Shown: positions 11,175-21,975 of the stretch, in pieces
Layout of the letters: the number at the start of each line of letters is the position of its first letter
Position numbering within the stretch: position 1 is the first letter of the stretch
Assembly: GCA_963665095.1 (NCBI GenBank)
Contig: OY762069.1
Coordinates: 2,496,001 to 2,560,000 of the forward strand
Length of the DNA stretch: 64,000 bases
Direction of reading: 5' to 3'
DNA from: an uncultured Desulfobacter sp.
GTDB lineage: Bacteria > Desulfobacterota > Desulfobacteria > Desulfobacterales > Desulfobacteraceae
The notes under the pieces: model-generated
Database searches by the model: none
What the model was told of the DNA's origin: nothing
The model's input: the letters and a program-made list of their open reading frames with translations, nothing else
Translations under genes and position numbers: made by a program

Positions 11175-12317
11175 TTATAGATAAAATTCCACAATAGCCC
11201 GGATCTCTTTGTTTTCCAGACAGCGGCCCAGGGTGATGCTTTTAAGTTTGATGTCTGAAGTAATCCTGTCCAGTACAGCAGCAGAAAAGGTATGACCGGG
11301 AATTTCCCGGTTCAGGTATCGGCTGACCAAACCTTTGCCGCACAGTACGTTTAAATAAAATTTCGGATCCCGAATGGTTCCGAACTCTTTTCCGGCATGG
11401 GTGCCTGCCACATGGGTCCGGATTCCTTCCCCGAATCCGGGAAATGTGTATCCCAGAAGATGGGCCCCGGTTTGCTGATAAACAATCGTATCAACAAAGG
11501 AGTAATACTCCTTGAACAGATGAACGTTATCAAGGTTCAGGCCGGTATGGACCCCCTGGTTTTCCAGAAGCCGGGCCGTGGCGTAAAGGTCGCAGATGCC
11601 GTTTCTTTCCCCAATCCCCAGGGCGGAGGCCTCAAGAACCCGGGCCCCGGCCATGATCCCCATAAAGGCGTTGGCTGATGCCGCGCCCATGTCGTTGTGG
11701 CAGTGAACGGAAAGGACCGCCTGCCCGGACAGGGCACTGGCGGTCTTGATTTTTTCATATACCTGGACCGGGGTCATGATGCCCGAGGTATCAGGCAGGG
11801 ATATCATATCAATGGCCATTTTTTTTCCAAGAAATTCCAGGCAGGTTTCCAGAAGGTCAGGCGCGGTTCTGCCAAGATCCAGCATGGCCATACTGATGCG
11901 GGCACAGGGACTTTGGGCGCGGACAGGGGAGATCACATGCTCAAGGTCTTTAAACAGGCCTGCCAGATCCTCCTTTCCGGCCAGCGGGTTGACATGGAAA
12001 TGAAAATGGATGTCGTCCACTCCGGTGCTGATCATGGTGCGGGCATCAGAAGTTACGGCCCGGCCCAGTGCTGCCGTCCGGATGCTGAACCCGTGTTCCT
12101 TTGCATGGGCTGCCACCTGAGCCACAATGTCAGCCTCTTTTTCATGGGCAGCCGGGTAGCCTGCCTGGCAGACAGACACACCCAGCTGCTCCTGAAACTC
12201 CAGAATTTTGAGCCGCTGCGCCAGGGAAAACACAACGCCTCTGAACTGCATGCCTTCCCTTATGGTCTGGTCAATGATCTGGATTTTTTCATGGTTCTTG
12301 TTCAGACGGTTTTCCAT
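11175..12317 (-). CDS. DRE-TIM metallolyase, homocitrate/isopropylmalate-synthase-like, no regulatory domain
   Basis: DQTIREGMQ, LPDTSG, HCHNDMG, GIGERNG, THVAGTH. Confidence 0.8.
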   Translation of the reverse strand: MENRLNKNHEKIQIIDQTIREGMQFRGVVFSLAQRLKILEFQEQLGVSVCQAGYPAAHEKEADIVAQVAAHAKEHGFSIRTAALGRAVTSDARTMISTGVDDIHFHFHVNPLAGKEDLAGLFKDLEHVISPVRAQSPCARISMAMLDLGRTAPDLLETCLEFLGKKMAIDMISLPDTSGIMTPVQVYEKIKTASALSGQAVLSVHCHNDMGAASANAFMGIMAGARVLEASALGIGERNGICDLYATARLLENQGVHTGLNLDNVHLFKEYYSFVDTIVYQQTGAHLLGYTFPGFGEGIRTHVAGTHAGKEFGTIRDPKFYLNVLCGKGLVSRYLNREIPGHTFSAAVLDRITSDIKLKSITLGRCLENKEIRAIVEFYL

Positions 12318-12349
12318 GGTGTTCCTTTGGGAGATTAAAATACCAGTAA

Positions 12350-12967
12350 CTAATTAGTACCATACCCTTCAGCAAATTGGTATTTCCAAGTCCCATGATC
12401 AGCGTCCTTTATAAAGGGCTGTCTTTTCATGGAAAAGGAGCCCACAAACTCTTTGAAATCTTCTGTAGCCACCGCTTCCCCGAGAAAGCGGTTCTCGCAG
12501 TCTAATGTGTTTCGGATACTTTCCACAACAGTGGCATAAAGGACCTGCTTTGTCATCTTTACAGCCAGGCCGGGGCCTGATGGCGGATTCAGCTGCACTA
12601 CTTTGTTTTTCACATAGGGATGAACCTGAGCGACAAGCGCTTTTGTGCAAGATCCAGGGGTTCCATTTCTGACTGAATCTCCTTTGGCAAGGGCTCATCC
12701 GGTTCACCGATCACCCGGGTTTTGGGATTTAAATACCCGCCGCTGCAAAAAAACTCTTTTTGTGGGTCTGCGGTATGGGGATCATGTTTTCCTATGAAAA
12801 TAACAGCGGTTGCAGCCTCATCGGATTGCGCCATATCCAGTGCCTTACACAGCTTCCAGACCGTATTGAGCGTCAGGGCGCTTTTTTGTCTAAGGGCGGT
12901 TCAGGACCACGGTTACAATCCCAGTATTTTCTTCCTTATTATATTCAATGTCTTTAAATTGCTTCAT
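12350..12967 (-). pseudogene. Enoyl-CoA hydratase/crotonase, disrupted
   Basis: MKQFKDIEYNKEENTGIVTVVLNRP* then FFCSGG and TEDFKEFVGSFSMKRQP in other frames; central part deleted. Confidence 0.75.
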
Positions 12968-12972
12968 CGGCT

Positions 12973-14329
12973 TTACTTTTCCATGAAGTCTTTTTTCAAA
13001 ACATGTTTAAGTATCTTTCCGCTCGGGTTGCGCGGCAGGGTCTTGAGAAAATGAATGGCTTTGGGCCGCTTGAATCCCAACAGCTTTTCCCCGGTAAAGG
13101 TATTGATCTCATCCGCCGACGCCTCTTCGCCTTCCTTGAGAACGATGGCTGCATGCACTTTTTCTCCCCATTTTTCATCCGGCAGTCCGAACACACCCAC
13201 TTCCGCCACTTTTGAATTGCCCAGCAGGACATCTTCCACTTCTTTGGCAAACACATTTTCTCCACCGGTTTTGATCATATCCTTGAGGCGATCCACAAAA
13301 TACAAAAATCCGTCTTCATCCGCCCGGACCACATCACCGGTATGCAGCCATCCGTCGATGAAGGTCGCCTTTGTTTCCTCCTCCCGTTTGTAATATCCCT
13401 TTATAATCTGAGGGCCTTTTAGCAACAGTTCCCCTGGTTCCCCCCAGGCACATCTTTGCCAAAACCATCAATAATCCGGTGCCCGAGCAGCGGGTTGGCA
13501 TGCCGATGGAACCGGTTTTACGGAAGGCGTCGCCATGCAGCAGTGCAGTGGCGTTTCCGCCGCTGGATTCCGTCAGGCCGTATACATAGAGAAGTTTTGC
13601 CTTTGGCATATATTTGAGAACGCTTCTTTTCAGATCATCCGGAAAGGTGGTGGCAGCGGTCACAAAAAGACGGACATGGGTCACATCGTATGCGATTGCT
13701 TCCGGGACTTTCATTACCCAGGCAAAAAGGAACGGCGGAACAACAGCGATGAATGACACCTTCTCTTCAGAAATGGTTTTCATGAAAGCAACTTCTTCAA
13801 AACGCCTCATCAGAACAACCGTGGCACCGGCAGCCAGACAGGGATTGATGCAGCCGTTCACGATCACATGGCAAAGGGGCATCACCTGCAGGCCGATATC
13901 ATCCTCGGTAATTTCAAACTGGCCCATGGCGCTGTATTGTCACCAATCCGAACAAACTTCTTCACCTTCGGCAGTCGGGAGCGCATCTCTTCAACCAGGG
14001 ACCGAAAATCCGTATGAAACACCAGAACCTTTGCATCTGACAGATCAATCAAAGGAAGGATATCACCGGGTGCCATCCCGGCCATTAAGGGGAAATATAC
14101 AGCCCCGGGCCTTGGCACAGGCAAAACTGGTCTCTACAACACCGGGATCATTCTCAGACAGCACAGCCACCTTATCTCCCTTTTGGAGTCCCTGCCCCAT
14201 CAATGCATGGGCCAGTTGGTTTACACGTTCATCCAGCCCCTGCCAGCTTAAGCGTTTTCCTTCAAAAATAAGGGCGGGTTTACTTCCATACTGGCTGGCA
14301 TTTCTTGTCATGATGTTTCCAATATTCAT
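12973..14329 (-). pseudogene. Acyl-CoA synthetase (AMP-binding), frameshifted and internally deleted
   Basis: Four fragments with YGLTE, GWLHTGD, DRLKDMIKTGGENV, PRNPSGKILK; the TSGTTG loop is missing. Confidence 0.85.
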
Positions 14330-14750
14330 GTTTCCTCTTCTTTCATTCAGGCAATGAGTTTAAGTCTTACCAGGTTGGACCTGACCGGCAAAATAATCTG
14401 CTGGCAAGGACATTGTGTTCCTGTATCAGGGTGGTGGTGATAAGATTTTTGTATTCACTTTATCTGTTGTATAGCCTTCACACAAAGCTTTGAATTTAGC
14501 ACCTATTCAGAAAAAAACGGTCATCAAAATCGGCAATCAGACGAATAACTGACTGAAAAATCGCTTCTTAGTTCAATAAACAATCCATCAGTACAAGTTT
14601 CATCCAACGACAACCAGCATCAAAGCTTTTTCTTTAAAAATAAAAAGTTACAATACTTGATACCCATCATTCACACCTGCACCACAAAGGTAAAGCAATG
14701 TATAACCCTGGGTTTACAACAGCATTTCCCCCTATTTGCACCCTGAACTC

Positions 14751-14795
14751 TGACATAAATGTATGTCAAACTAAAAATTTGATGAATACAATTCA
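14751..14795. promoter_or_regulatory. Two palindromic operator-like sites
   Basis: TGACATA-aatg-TATGTCA (14751-14768) and TGAAT-aca-ATTCA (14783-14795). Confidence 0.5.
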
Positions 14796-15133
14796 ACACA
14801 TATCAACTCGATATCTGTTTTGCCAATAGAATAAACTCAATAATTATTTTACTATTGAATAAGAAAATAAGGAGGTTAGAAAAACAAAAACGAGACGTAC
14901 TTTTTGTTTAATATTTTTTATCTGAACTATAGTCCCACACTATCTATGAATACACCCCGGAATCCCTGCACATCGCATGACCGCACCCCATCGGATTGCT
15001 TCATCAGAACAATCAGACAAAACAGGTACTACCGCTGGGGCACCCATGACCACAACAAAACCGGAACCTCACCAATCACCTGGATCTCCACAGAAATTTC
15101 AAGAGCCCCTCTCGGCCTGATTCAAAAGAAAAC

Positions 15134-16294
15134 TCAAGGCAGCGCGGCAGCAATAAACATATCAGTCACCGCGTCAATCTCATACAGCTTGTCAAAGGAT
15201 TTTTCCGGAAAAACAATCCATCGCAGCGCCATGTGAATAGAGGTCCCTATAAACATATTAACAAAGACGCGAATATTGAGATCCTGCCTGAAATCACCAT
15301 TTTCAATCCCTTCTTTCAAGACGGCTGAAAATTGACTCAGGTAATTTCTGAATATGTCATATGCAGAGGATTTGTAAAATTTGCGGTTCAATACAGTATC
15401 AAGAATAAAAATATTAAGAAAATTTCTGTTTTTTGAAAAAAGCGAAAAGTGCAACTTGATCAGTCTGCGCAGCTTCAGGATTGATTTTTTTATCGTGAAA
15501 GACTGTTCCATTTGTGAATCCAGCTCGCCAAGCCGCAACTTGATAAGAGAGAACAGAAGATCATCCTTGTTTTTAAAATAGTCATAGATTGAACCCTCAG
15601 CTACACCGGCCTCAACCGCAACTGTGGCGATTTTTGATTTCCTGAAACTAGATTCTCCAAAAACCTTTTCTGCAGCCCGGATGATCTGCAAATCTTTGGG
15701 CAAATCAGCGCCGGCTCCCGAAAAGGGCTCAAGGATTCTCAATAAAATAGATACAATATCCTCCCAGTTCTCACTGCTTTGTTCAACCTCATTCACCAGA
15801 GTACAGTTGACCGCCTCTGCATCCAATGTCCCGTTAATAATCTCCCGGACAAGGTAAAGGTCAACATCACCCCGAAATTGCTTCTGCTCGACACCGAGAA
15901 CAAGTATCTCCATGCAGATCTTCGCATATTCGCGGATCAGCTGATACGCCTTTGTTTTAAAAAATTCAAGATTTGAACGATAGTCAAATACAAGATTCTT
16001 TACATAGTCCTTGTGGGTGTCATTATAATGCAGACCATACCAGATAAATTTACTCAGGCGTGATTTTGGATCCAGAATCCCCTGGAGCTGATCCCTGCAC
16101 TCCTTGACCATGGAGGTCAGTCGCTTCTCTGCAATACTGAACACCAGACCCTCTTTCCCCTTAAAATACTGGTACGCATGGGAGTCGGCCACCTTTGCCA
16201 TCCTGGCTATTTCTGCAATGGTTGTTTCCGAGGCGCCCTTCACAGACAACAGCTCTTCTGCAACCGAAAGTATTCTTTTTTTTGTGTCATTCAT
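15134..16294 (-). CDS. Tandem (double) TetR-family regulator
   Basis: Two TetR HTHs: TTIAEIARMAKVADSHAYQYFKGKE and KIATVAVEAGVAEGSIYDYFKNKDDL. Confidence 0.9.
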   Translation of the reverse strand: MNDTKKRILSVAEELLSVKGASETTIAEIARMAKVADSHAYQYFKGKEGLVFSIAEKRLTSMVKECRDQLQGILDPKSRLSKFIWYGLHYNDTHKDYVKNLVFDYRSNLEFFKTKAYQLIREYAKICMEILVLGVEQKQFRGDVDLYLVREIINGTLDAEAVNCTLVNEVEQSSENWEDIVSILLRILEPFSGAGADLPKDLQIIRAAEKVFGESSFRKSKIATVAVEAGVAEGSIYDYFKNKDDLLFSLIKLRLGELDSQMEQSFTIKKSILKLRRLIKLHFSLFSKNRNFLNIFILDTVLNRKFYKSSAYDIFRNYLSQFSAVLKEGIENGDFRQDLNIRVFVNMFIGTSIHMALRWIVFPEKSFDKLYEIDAVTDMFIAAALP

Positions 16295-16326
16295 AACAGT
16301 TTCTCTTTTCTTCTATGCACACAAAT

Positions 16327-16617
16327 TATGAGTTATATTCATAGATAAATATTCCACCTAAAGCAACTTAATTTTTTAAAACCATGAACATACACTCAAA
16401 ATATAGGGCACTATTTAACATATTGAATCGCCTAAAGGTCAAACCCAGCTAACAATAACCGCAATATTTTTTAAATATGAACACACTTCAAATCTGTAGG
16501 TCATCTACATATTTGGAAAAATATTTCATAAAATTAGTATATTATAAAATTTAAATTTTAGTTAAAATAAATATTGACAGCTAAATATCCCCTTGATATG
16601 TATGAATACAGCTCATA
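16327..16617. promoter_or_regulatory. Divergent promoter region with repeated TGAAY-N3/4-RYTCA palindromes
   Basis: TATGAGTTATATTCATA 16327-43, TGAACATACACTCA 16385-98, TGAACACACTTCA 16478-90, TATGAATACAGCTCATA 16601-17; TTGACA at 16574. Confidence 0.55.
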
Positions 16618-16675
16618 TAAATTCATATATGAGCTTATATCCAAATTCTATTGAAAGAAAAAAGGGAGGGGTGTC

Positions 16676-17955
16676 GTGGAAATCGTAGAACTAGGGAATC
16701 AGACAATTGTTTATGGATCCCGATCCAGACAAAATGCGGGACTTTTTTAAAACCAAGAACAGGAAAATGACAAATAAGGTCATGGACCTGAAGGATGCAA
16801 TTGCAGCGTATGTTCATGACGGTGAGTATCTTTGCATTGGTGGATTCGGTGCAAACCGCACGCCCATAGCTGCCTGTCACGAAATCGTGCGGCAGGGACG
16901 CAAAAACATGGGATTCGCAGGGCATACCGCTACCCATGACATGGAAATACTCAGTGCCGGAGAAGTCTACGACCGTCTGGATGTTGCCTATGTGATGGGG
17001 CTGGAGGCAAGAGGCCTTTCCACCTGTTCAAGAAAATACGTGGAGAGCGGCAAAGTAGAGGTCACAGAATGGACCAATTATGCACTGACACTGAGGTTAA
17101 AGGCAGCGGCCATGGCCGTCCCGTTTCCGCCTGCCCGGAACATGATGGGAACCGATACATTTAAGTACAGTGCAGCAAAGGCCGTGCATTGCCCTTTCAC
17201 AGGAAAAAAAATAAATCTGCTTCCTGCGCTCTGCCCGGATGTGTCGGTTATCCACGTTCATGAAGCAGATGTCTATGGCAATTGCCGTTTCAAAGGGATC
17301 GGCGTGGTCGATATCGAGCTGGCCAATGCCAGCAAACGGTTGATTATTACCACTGAACGACTGATTCCCGTTAGTGAAATTAAGGCTGAGCCATCTTTGA
17401 CAAAGATCCCTTATCACCTGGTGGATGCGGTATGTGTTATGCCTTATGGTGCGTACCCCGGAACAATGCCCTATGAGTATTTCAGTGATGAGGATCATCT
17501 TAAAGAGTGGTTGTCAGTCGAAAGAGACCAGGAACAATTTCAAACCTTTTTAAAGAAGAACATCTTTGATTGTAAAAGCCATGAAGACTATATTCTGCTG
17601 GAAAATGATGGTGATGACACCTCAAAACGCCAAAAGATTCGTTGAAAAGGTTGAATTTTTAACTACCCCCGGGTGGATTGACGGCGGGGATTCAAGGGAA
17701 AAAGCCTGGCTTCCGCCCAATGCGGGACCATACAAAGTGATCACCGACATGGCTATCATGGACTTTGAAGCGGACAGCAAACGGATGCGGGTCATCTCTT
17801 TGCACCCGGGGGTGGATCTGGACACTGTTAAAGAAAATAGCGGCTTTGAGTTGCTGGTGGCCAACACTTTGGAGACAACAACCCCGCCAACGGAAGAGGA
17901 ACTCAAAGTTCTCAGGGAAGAAGTTGATCCTTACGGATACGTTATCGGGCGTTAG
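16676..17955 (+). pseudogene. Glutaconate-CoA-transferase-like alpha and beta subunits joined by a deletion
   Basis: Alpha (IHVHEADVYGN, PYGAYP) runs to ...HEDYI at ~17595, then beta C-terminal half (RFVEKVEFLTTPG, VITD, LHPGV) follows out of frame; probable 5' frameshift after GTG 16676. Confidence 0.8.
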
Positions 17956-18194
17956 ACCGTCCTGCGGCCTGACGCAGAGCCGTCACTATGATTACGATGA
18001 CGCACTTACGCCGGTCTGCATTCATGAGTGCATTATGGACAATGTCCTCCTGGAATATGCATAGGTGAAAAATTATCAGGCTTGTCCGGGAACCGGGACC
18101 TTATTGATTTTTCACCCTCCAAAGCGATACAGTGTCATTAATTAAATCAACCTGCCGGGTCACCCGGTGTCCACGAAACTTACAAGGAGGTTTT

Positions 18195-18977
18195 ATGAGC
18201 GAAAAAGTACTCATTGTCGAAGAGAAATCAGGGGTCTCGATTCTAAAATTAAACAGGCCTGATATGATGAATGCGCTGAATTTTGAGTTGCTGAACGCTC
18301 TGAAGGATGAGGTGGACCGGCTTAAATTCAGAACAGATATCCGGACCGTTATTATCACCGGTGAAGGCGAAAAGGCCTTTTGTGCCGGGGCGGACTTAAA
18401 AGAGAGAAGCACGCTGAGCCAGGAGGAAGTAAAACGCTTTATCGTCACCATTCGGGATCTGCTGACATCCATCCAGCAACTGCCTGTTCCGGTTATCTCC
18501 GGTATCAACGGGATTGCCCTGGGGGGTGGCACTGAGGTGGCGCTTGCCTCGGATATCCGCATTGCTTCTGAAAAGGCGTCCATGGGGCTTACGGAAACCC
18601 GGCTGGCCATTATCCCGGGCGGCGGCGGAACCCAGCGCCTGCCCAGGATCATTGGCGTTGCCAAGGCCAAAGAGCTCATCTTTACCGGCCGGCGGGTGGA
18701 TGCAAAGGAGGCGCTGGCCATCGGTTTAGTCAATCAGGTCGCCCCTTCTGAAACGCTTCTGGATGAATGTGTGAAAATGGCTGAAATGATCGCGGAAAAT
18801 GGTCCCATTGCCATAGAGATGGCCAAATATGCCATAGACAAGGGCATTGAAACCGATCTGGCCACGGGCCTGGCCATAGAGTCCAACGCCTACAGGATAA
18901 CCATCCCCACGGAAGACAGAATAGAAGGGCTGACAGCTTTCAGGGAAAAGCGCAAACCGGTTTATAAAGGGAGGTAA
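18195..18977 (+). CDS. Enoyl-CoA hydratase (methylglutaconyl-CoA hydratase-like)
   Basis: AFCAGADLKE, ALGGGTE, GLTETRLAIIPGGGGTQRLPR; AAGGAGG RBS. Confidence 0.9.
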   Translation: MSEKVLIVEEKSGVSILKLNRPDMMNALNFELLNALKDEVDRLKFRTDIRTVIITGEGEKAFCAGADLKERSTLSQEEVKRFIVTIRDLLTSIQQLPVPVISGINGIALGGGTEVALASDIRIASEKASMGLTETRLAIIPGGGGTQRLPRIIGVAKAKELIFTGRRVDAKEALAIGLVNQVAPSETLLDECVKMAEMIAENGPIAIEMAKYAIDKGIETDLATGLAIESNAYRITIPTEDRIEGLTAFREKRKPVYKGR

Positions 18978-18981
18978 TGCC

Positions 18982-20571
18982 ATGAGCGAAAACAAAAAAT
19001 TCTGGGAACAGGAGGAAGCACTGCTTGAAGAAAGACGGCAGGCAGCAACGTGGCCGGGGGGGCAGGCAGCGGTGGATACCCTTGCAAAAAGGGGTAAACG
19101 CCCGGCCAGGGACCTGATTGGCGACCTGATTGACCCCGGTACGAGCTTTTTTGAACTCTCCATGCTGGCCGGCTTTGGTGTGGGATATCCCGGGGTGGAG
19201 GATGTCCCGTGCGGCGGCATTATCACGGGTATTGGGAAAATTCACGGCAACTGGACCATGATCATGGCCAGTGACAGCCGGGTAAAGGCCGGCACCTATT
19301 TTCCCATCACACTGAAAAAACATATGCGCGCCCAGGCCATTGCCGAGCGGTGCGGGCTGAACTGCGTATATATTGCCGATTCCGGCGGGGCCTTTCTACC
19401 CATGCAGGCGGAAGTATTCCCAGATGACCAGCATTTCGGCTCCATCTTTTACAACATGGCCAGAATGTCTGCCAAAGGGCTTCGCCAGGTTACCTTAAGC
19501 ACCGGCGGCAACACGGCCGGCGGTGCCTATATCGTGTTCATGGCCTGCGAATCCATCATGATCGACCAGCACTCATTTTCCTTTCTTGGCGGGCCGCCCC
19601 TTGTCAAAATGGCAACCGGTGAAGTAATTTCCGCCGAAGATCTTGGCGGGGCCAAAACCCATACACGGATTTCCGGAGGCGCGGATCACCTATGCGGCGA
19701 CCAGGAGCAAGCCGTACTAAAGGTCAGGGAGCTGCTCTCTTTATCAAAACCCCAGGCCACCCATCTTCACCGGTATGAAGAAAGAGCCCCCCTGGTACCG
19801 GTGGAAACCCTTTATGATGAAATGCCGGCATCCCCGCATCAGGGCATGAACGGCTACAAGGTGCTTGAAGCCCTGGCAGATGATTCCGTGTTTATTGAGG
19901 CAAAAAAGGAGTTCGTCCAGGGGTGCGGCAGCAATATCCTCACCGGAAAAATCAGAATCAAGGGGCTTCCTGTGGGGGTGATTTGCTCAAACGGGGCCGG
20001 CATCATTTTCCATGAAGCCGCCAAAAAAGCAACCGAGTGGATCGTTCGGTGTTCCTATGAAAAGATCCCACTTCTCTTTATCCAGGGATCGCCGGGATAC
20101 ATGATCGGATCAGATTCAGAACATGCCGGTATCGGCAAATACGGGGCAGACATGGTCCGGGCCGTCTCCTGTGCCCAGGTCCCCAAGGTTCAGCTGGTCA
20201 TCGGGCCGGACAACGGGGCTGCTAATTACGGTATGTGCGGAAGGGCCTACCGCCCGGATTTCCTGTTTACTACCATGAGGGGCCGGACAGGTGTCATGAG
20301 CGGGCGAAGCGCTGCCGGTGTTCTTTTGAGCATAGAAAAAGCCAAAAGGATAAAGAAAGGCAATCCCATGACGGAAGAAGAGATCCAGGATTTTCAGCAG
20401 AAAATGATCGACAAGTATGACGGTGAAGCCCATCCGTTTTTCTGTGCATCCCGGCTGCTCAATGACCGGGTGCTGAAATTTTCCGAGATCAGGGACTGGC
20501 TGGCCATGGCGTTTGAAGTCAGCCTGATCAGGCCCATTGATGATCCGACATTTGGAAATTTCCGATTTTAG
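18982..20571 (+). CDS. Acyl-CoA carboxylase carboxyltransferase subunit (methylcrotonyl-CoA carboxylase beta-like)
   Basis: DSGGAFLP, TAGGAY, FLGGPPLVKMATGE, GAANYGMCGRAY. Confidence 0.9.
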   Translation: MSENKKFWEQEEALLEERRQAATWPGGQAAVDTLAKRGKRPARDLIGDLIDPGTSFFELSMLAGFGVGYPGVEDVPCGGIITGIGKIHGNWTMIMASDSRVKAGTYFPITLKKHMRAQAIAERCGLNCVYIADSGGAFLPMQAEVFPDDQHFGSIFYNMARMSAKGLRQVTLSTGGNTAGGAYIVFMACESIMIDQHSFSFLGGPPLVKMATGEVISAEDLGGAKTHTRISGGADHLCGDQEQAVLKVRELLSLSKPQATHLHRYEERAPLVPVETLYDEMPASPHQGMNGYKVLEALADDSVFIEAKKEFVQGCGSNILTGKIRIKGLPVGVICSNGAGIIFHEAAKKATEWIVRCSYEKIPLLFIQGSPGYMIGSDSEHAGIGKYGADMVRAVSCAQVPKVQLVIGPDNGAANYGMCGRAYRPDFLFTTMRGRTGVMSGRSAAGVLLSIEKAKRIKKGNPMTEEEIQDFQQKMIDKYDGEAHPFFCASRLLNDRVLKFSEIRDWLAMAFEVSLIRPIDDPTFGNFRF

Positions 20572-20612
20572 CCGCTTTTTAATTTAAAAATATAATGACC
20601 AGGAGAAACCAC

Positions 20613-21779
20613 ATGACAGAGTATGATTACTGGAAAATTTTTCCAAGAATGCCCAGGAAAGTAACCATCGGTGACATAACGATACGTGACGGATTCCAGC
20701 ATGAAGAGAAATTTATCTCCACTGCAGCTAAAAAGTATTATCTGGAAGAATTGATTTTTGCCGGGTGCCGGAATATTGAAGTGACGAATCTTGGCAATGC
20801 CCACATCATGCCGCAGTTCAGCGATGCTGAAATACTTCTGGCCCATTTGAGATCGGATCGGTTTCGTCAGAAATGTGAACGCAAAGGGATTAACTACGAT
20901 GAGATCTGTCTAACTGCTGTAACGATTCGTGAAAAAGCGGTTGACAGGGCCATTGAATTGAAAAAGAAGGGTGTCGGACCGGACCGGCTGCTGATGATGG
21001 TATCCACGGAGGAAGAGCATCATTTTGCCAATTCAGGCACCACTTTGCCGGACTATTGGGCTGAGTGCGAACGAGCAATAAAAAAATGCAATGACGCAGG
21101 GCTTAAGATGTGCGGCACGGTGAGTACCATCTGGGGCAGCCCCATTGGCGGGGCAACGGATTTGAAAGATGCGGTTGAGTTTTCCAAACGGTGGCTTGAA
21201 ATAGGTGCCTCTGATATCGAGCATGCGGATCACGATGGAAGCGCATCTGCTGCGGATGTTTACAGATACTTTTCAATGGTGCTGGATGAAATGCCTGATA
21301 CCAGCCTTCATATCGCCCACTTTCATGAAACCAAACGGGTGACATCTGCATCAGTGCTTGCAGCACTTCAGGCGGGAATCACCCATTTTGAGGCCACCCT
21401 GGGGGGCCTGGGCGGACAGCCCGCCAACTTCATGGACGACACGCCGGTCAAGGGAACCGGGGATTACTATTATGACGACCCAAGGTATGTGGGCCTGGTC
21501 TGCCTGGAAGATACCCTGGTCCAGATTGACGAACTGGGCATTGAGCATGGCTGGGACGTTGACAAGGTTCTTGTTCTGGGCCGCCAGATGGAAAGAACCA
21601 TTGGCCGGCGCCTGCGTTCCGATGTGATTTATAACGGAAGAACCTTGAAAGACGGTCATATGGAGTATGCACGCCCCGGACTTGCCAGACGAAAAGAAAA
21701 CCTGGGGGAAACACCGGGACAGACACTGCCGGGTGAATGGAAAAAGAACGCTGTACTCCCTGAAAAGTACAGACCATAG
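20613..21779 (+). CDS. HMG-CoA-lyase-like DRE-TIM enzyme
   Basis: ITIRDGFQ...IEVT, HFHET, FEATLGGLGG; AGGAG RBS. Confidence 0.8.
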   Translation: MTEYDYWKIFPRMPRKVTIGDITIRDGFQHEEKFISTAAKKYYLEELIFAGCRNIEVTNLGNAHIMPQFSDAEILLAHLRSDRFRQKCERKGINYDEICLTAVTIREKAVDRAIELKKKGVGPDRLLMMVSTEEEHHFANSGTTLPDYWAECERAIKKCNDAGLKMCGTVSTIWGSPIGGATDLKDAVEFSKRWLEIGASDIEHADHDGSASAADVYRYFSMVLDEMPDTSLHIAHFHETKRVTSASVLAALQAGITHFEATLGGLGGQPANFMDDTPVKGTGDYYYDDPRYVGLVCLEDTLVQIDELGIEHGWDVDKVLVLGRQMERTIGRRLRSDVIYNGRTLKDGHMEYARPGLARRKENLGETPGQTLPGEWKKNAVLPEKYRP

Positions 21780-21815
21780 CAAATAACCAATTCATTTTTA
21801 AGAAAGGATCGTTCA

Positions 21816-21975
21816 ATAAGTAAAGAAATTTTAGCGCCAATGCCGGGAACCATCGTCAAAGTAAATGTGGAAACCGGTCAGAATGTTGCTGAAGGCGAAA
21901 AATTGTTAATTCTTGAAGCCATGAAAATGGAGAACCCCGTTGTATCTACGGAAAGCGGCATAATAAAAAATATCG
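21816..21975 (+). pseudogene. Biotin carboxyl carrier protein, start codon ATA and truncated by IS66
   Basis: [41 protein letters not shown] with the EAMKM biotin motif; not in the ORF track. Confidence 0.85.

Noticed and set aside
14904..15130. C/A-skewed stretch and 110-aa ORF downstream of tetR
   Set aside because: No motif, repeat or convincing structure identified.
17960..18130. Coding-like remnant (HYDYDDALTPVCIHECIMDNVLLEYA)
   Set aside because: Too short to assign; probably another deletion scar.
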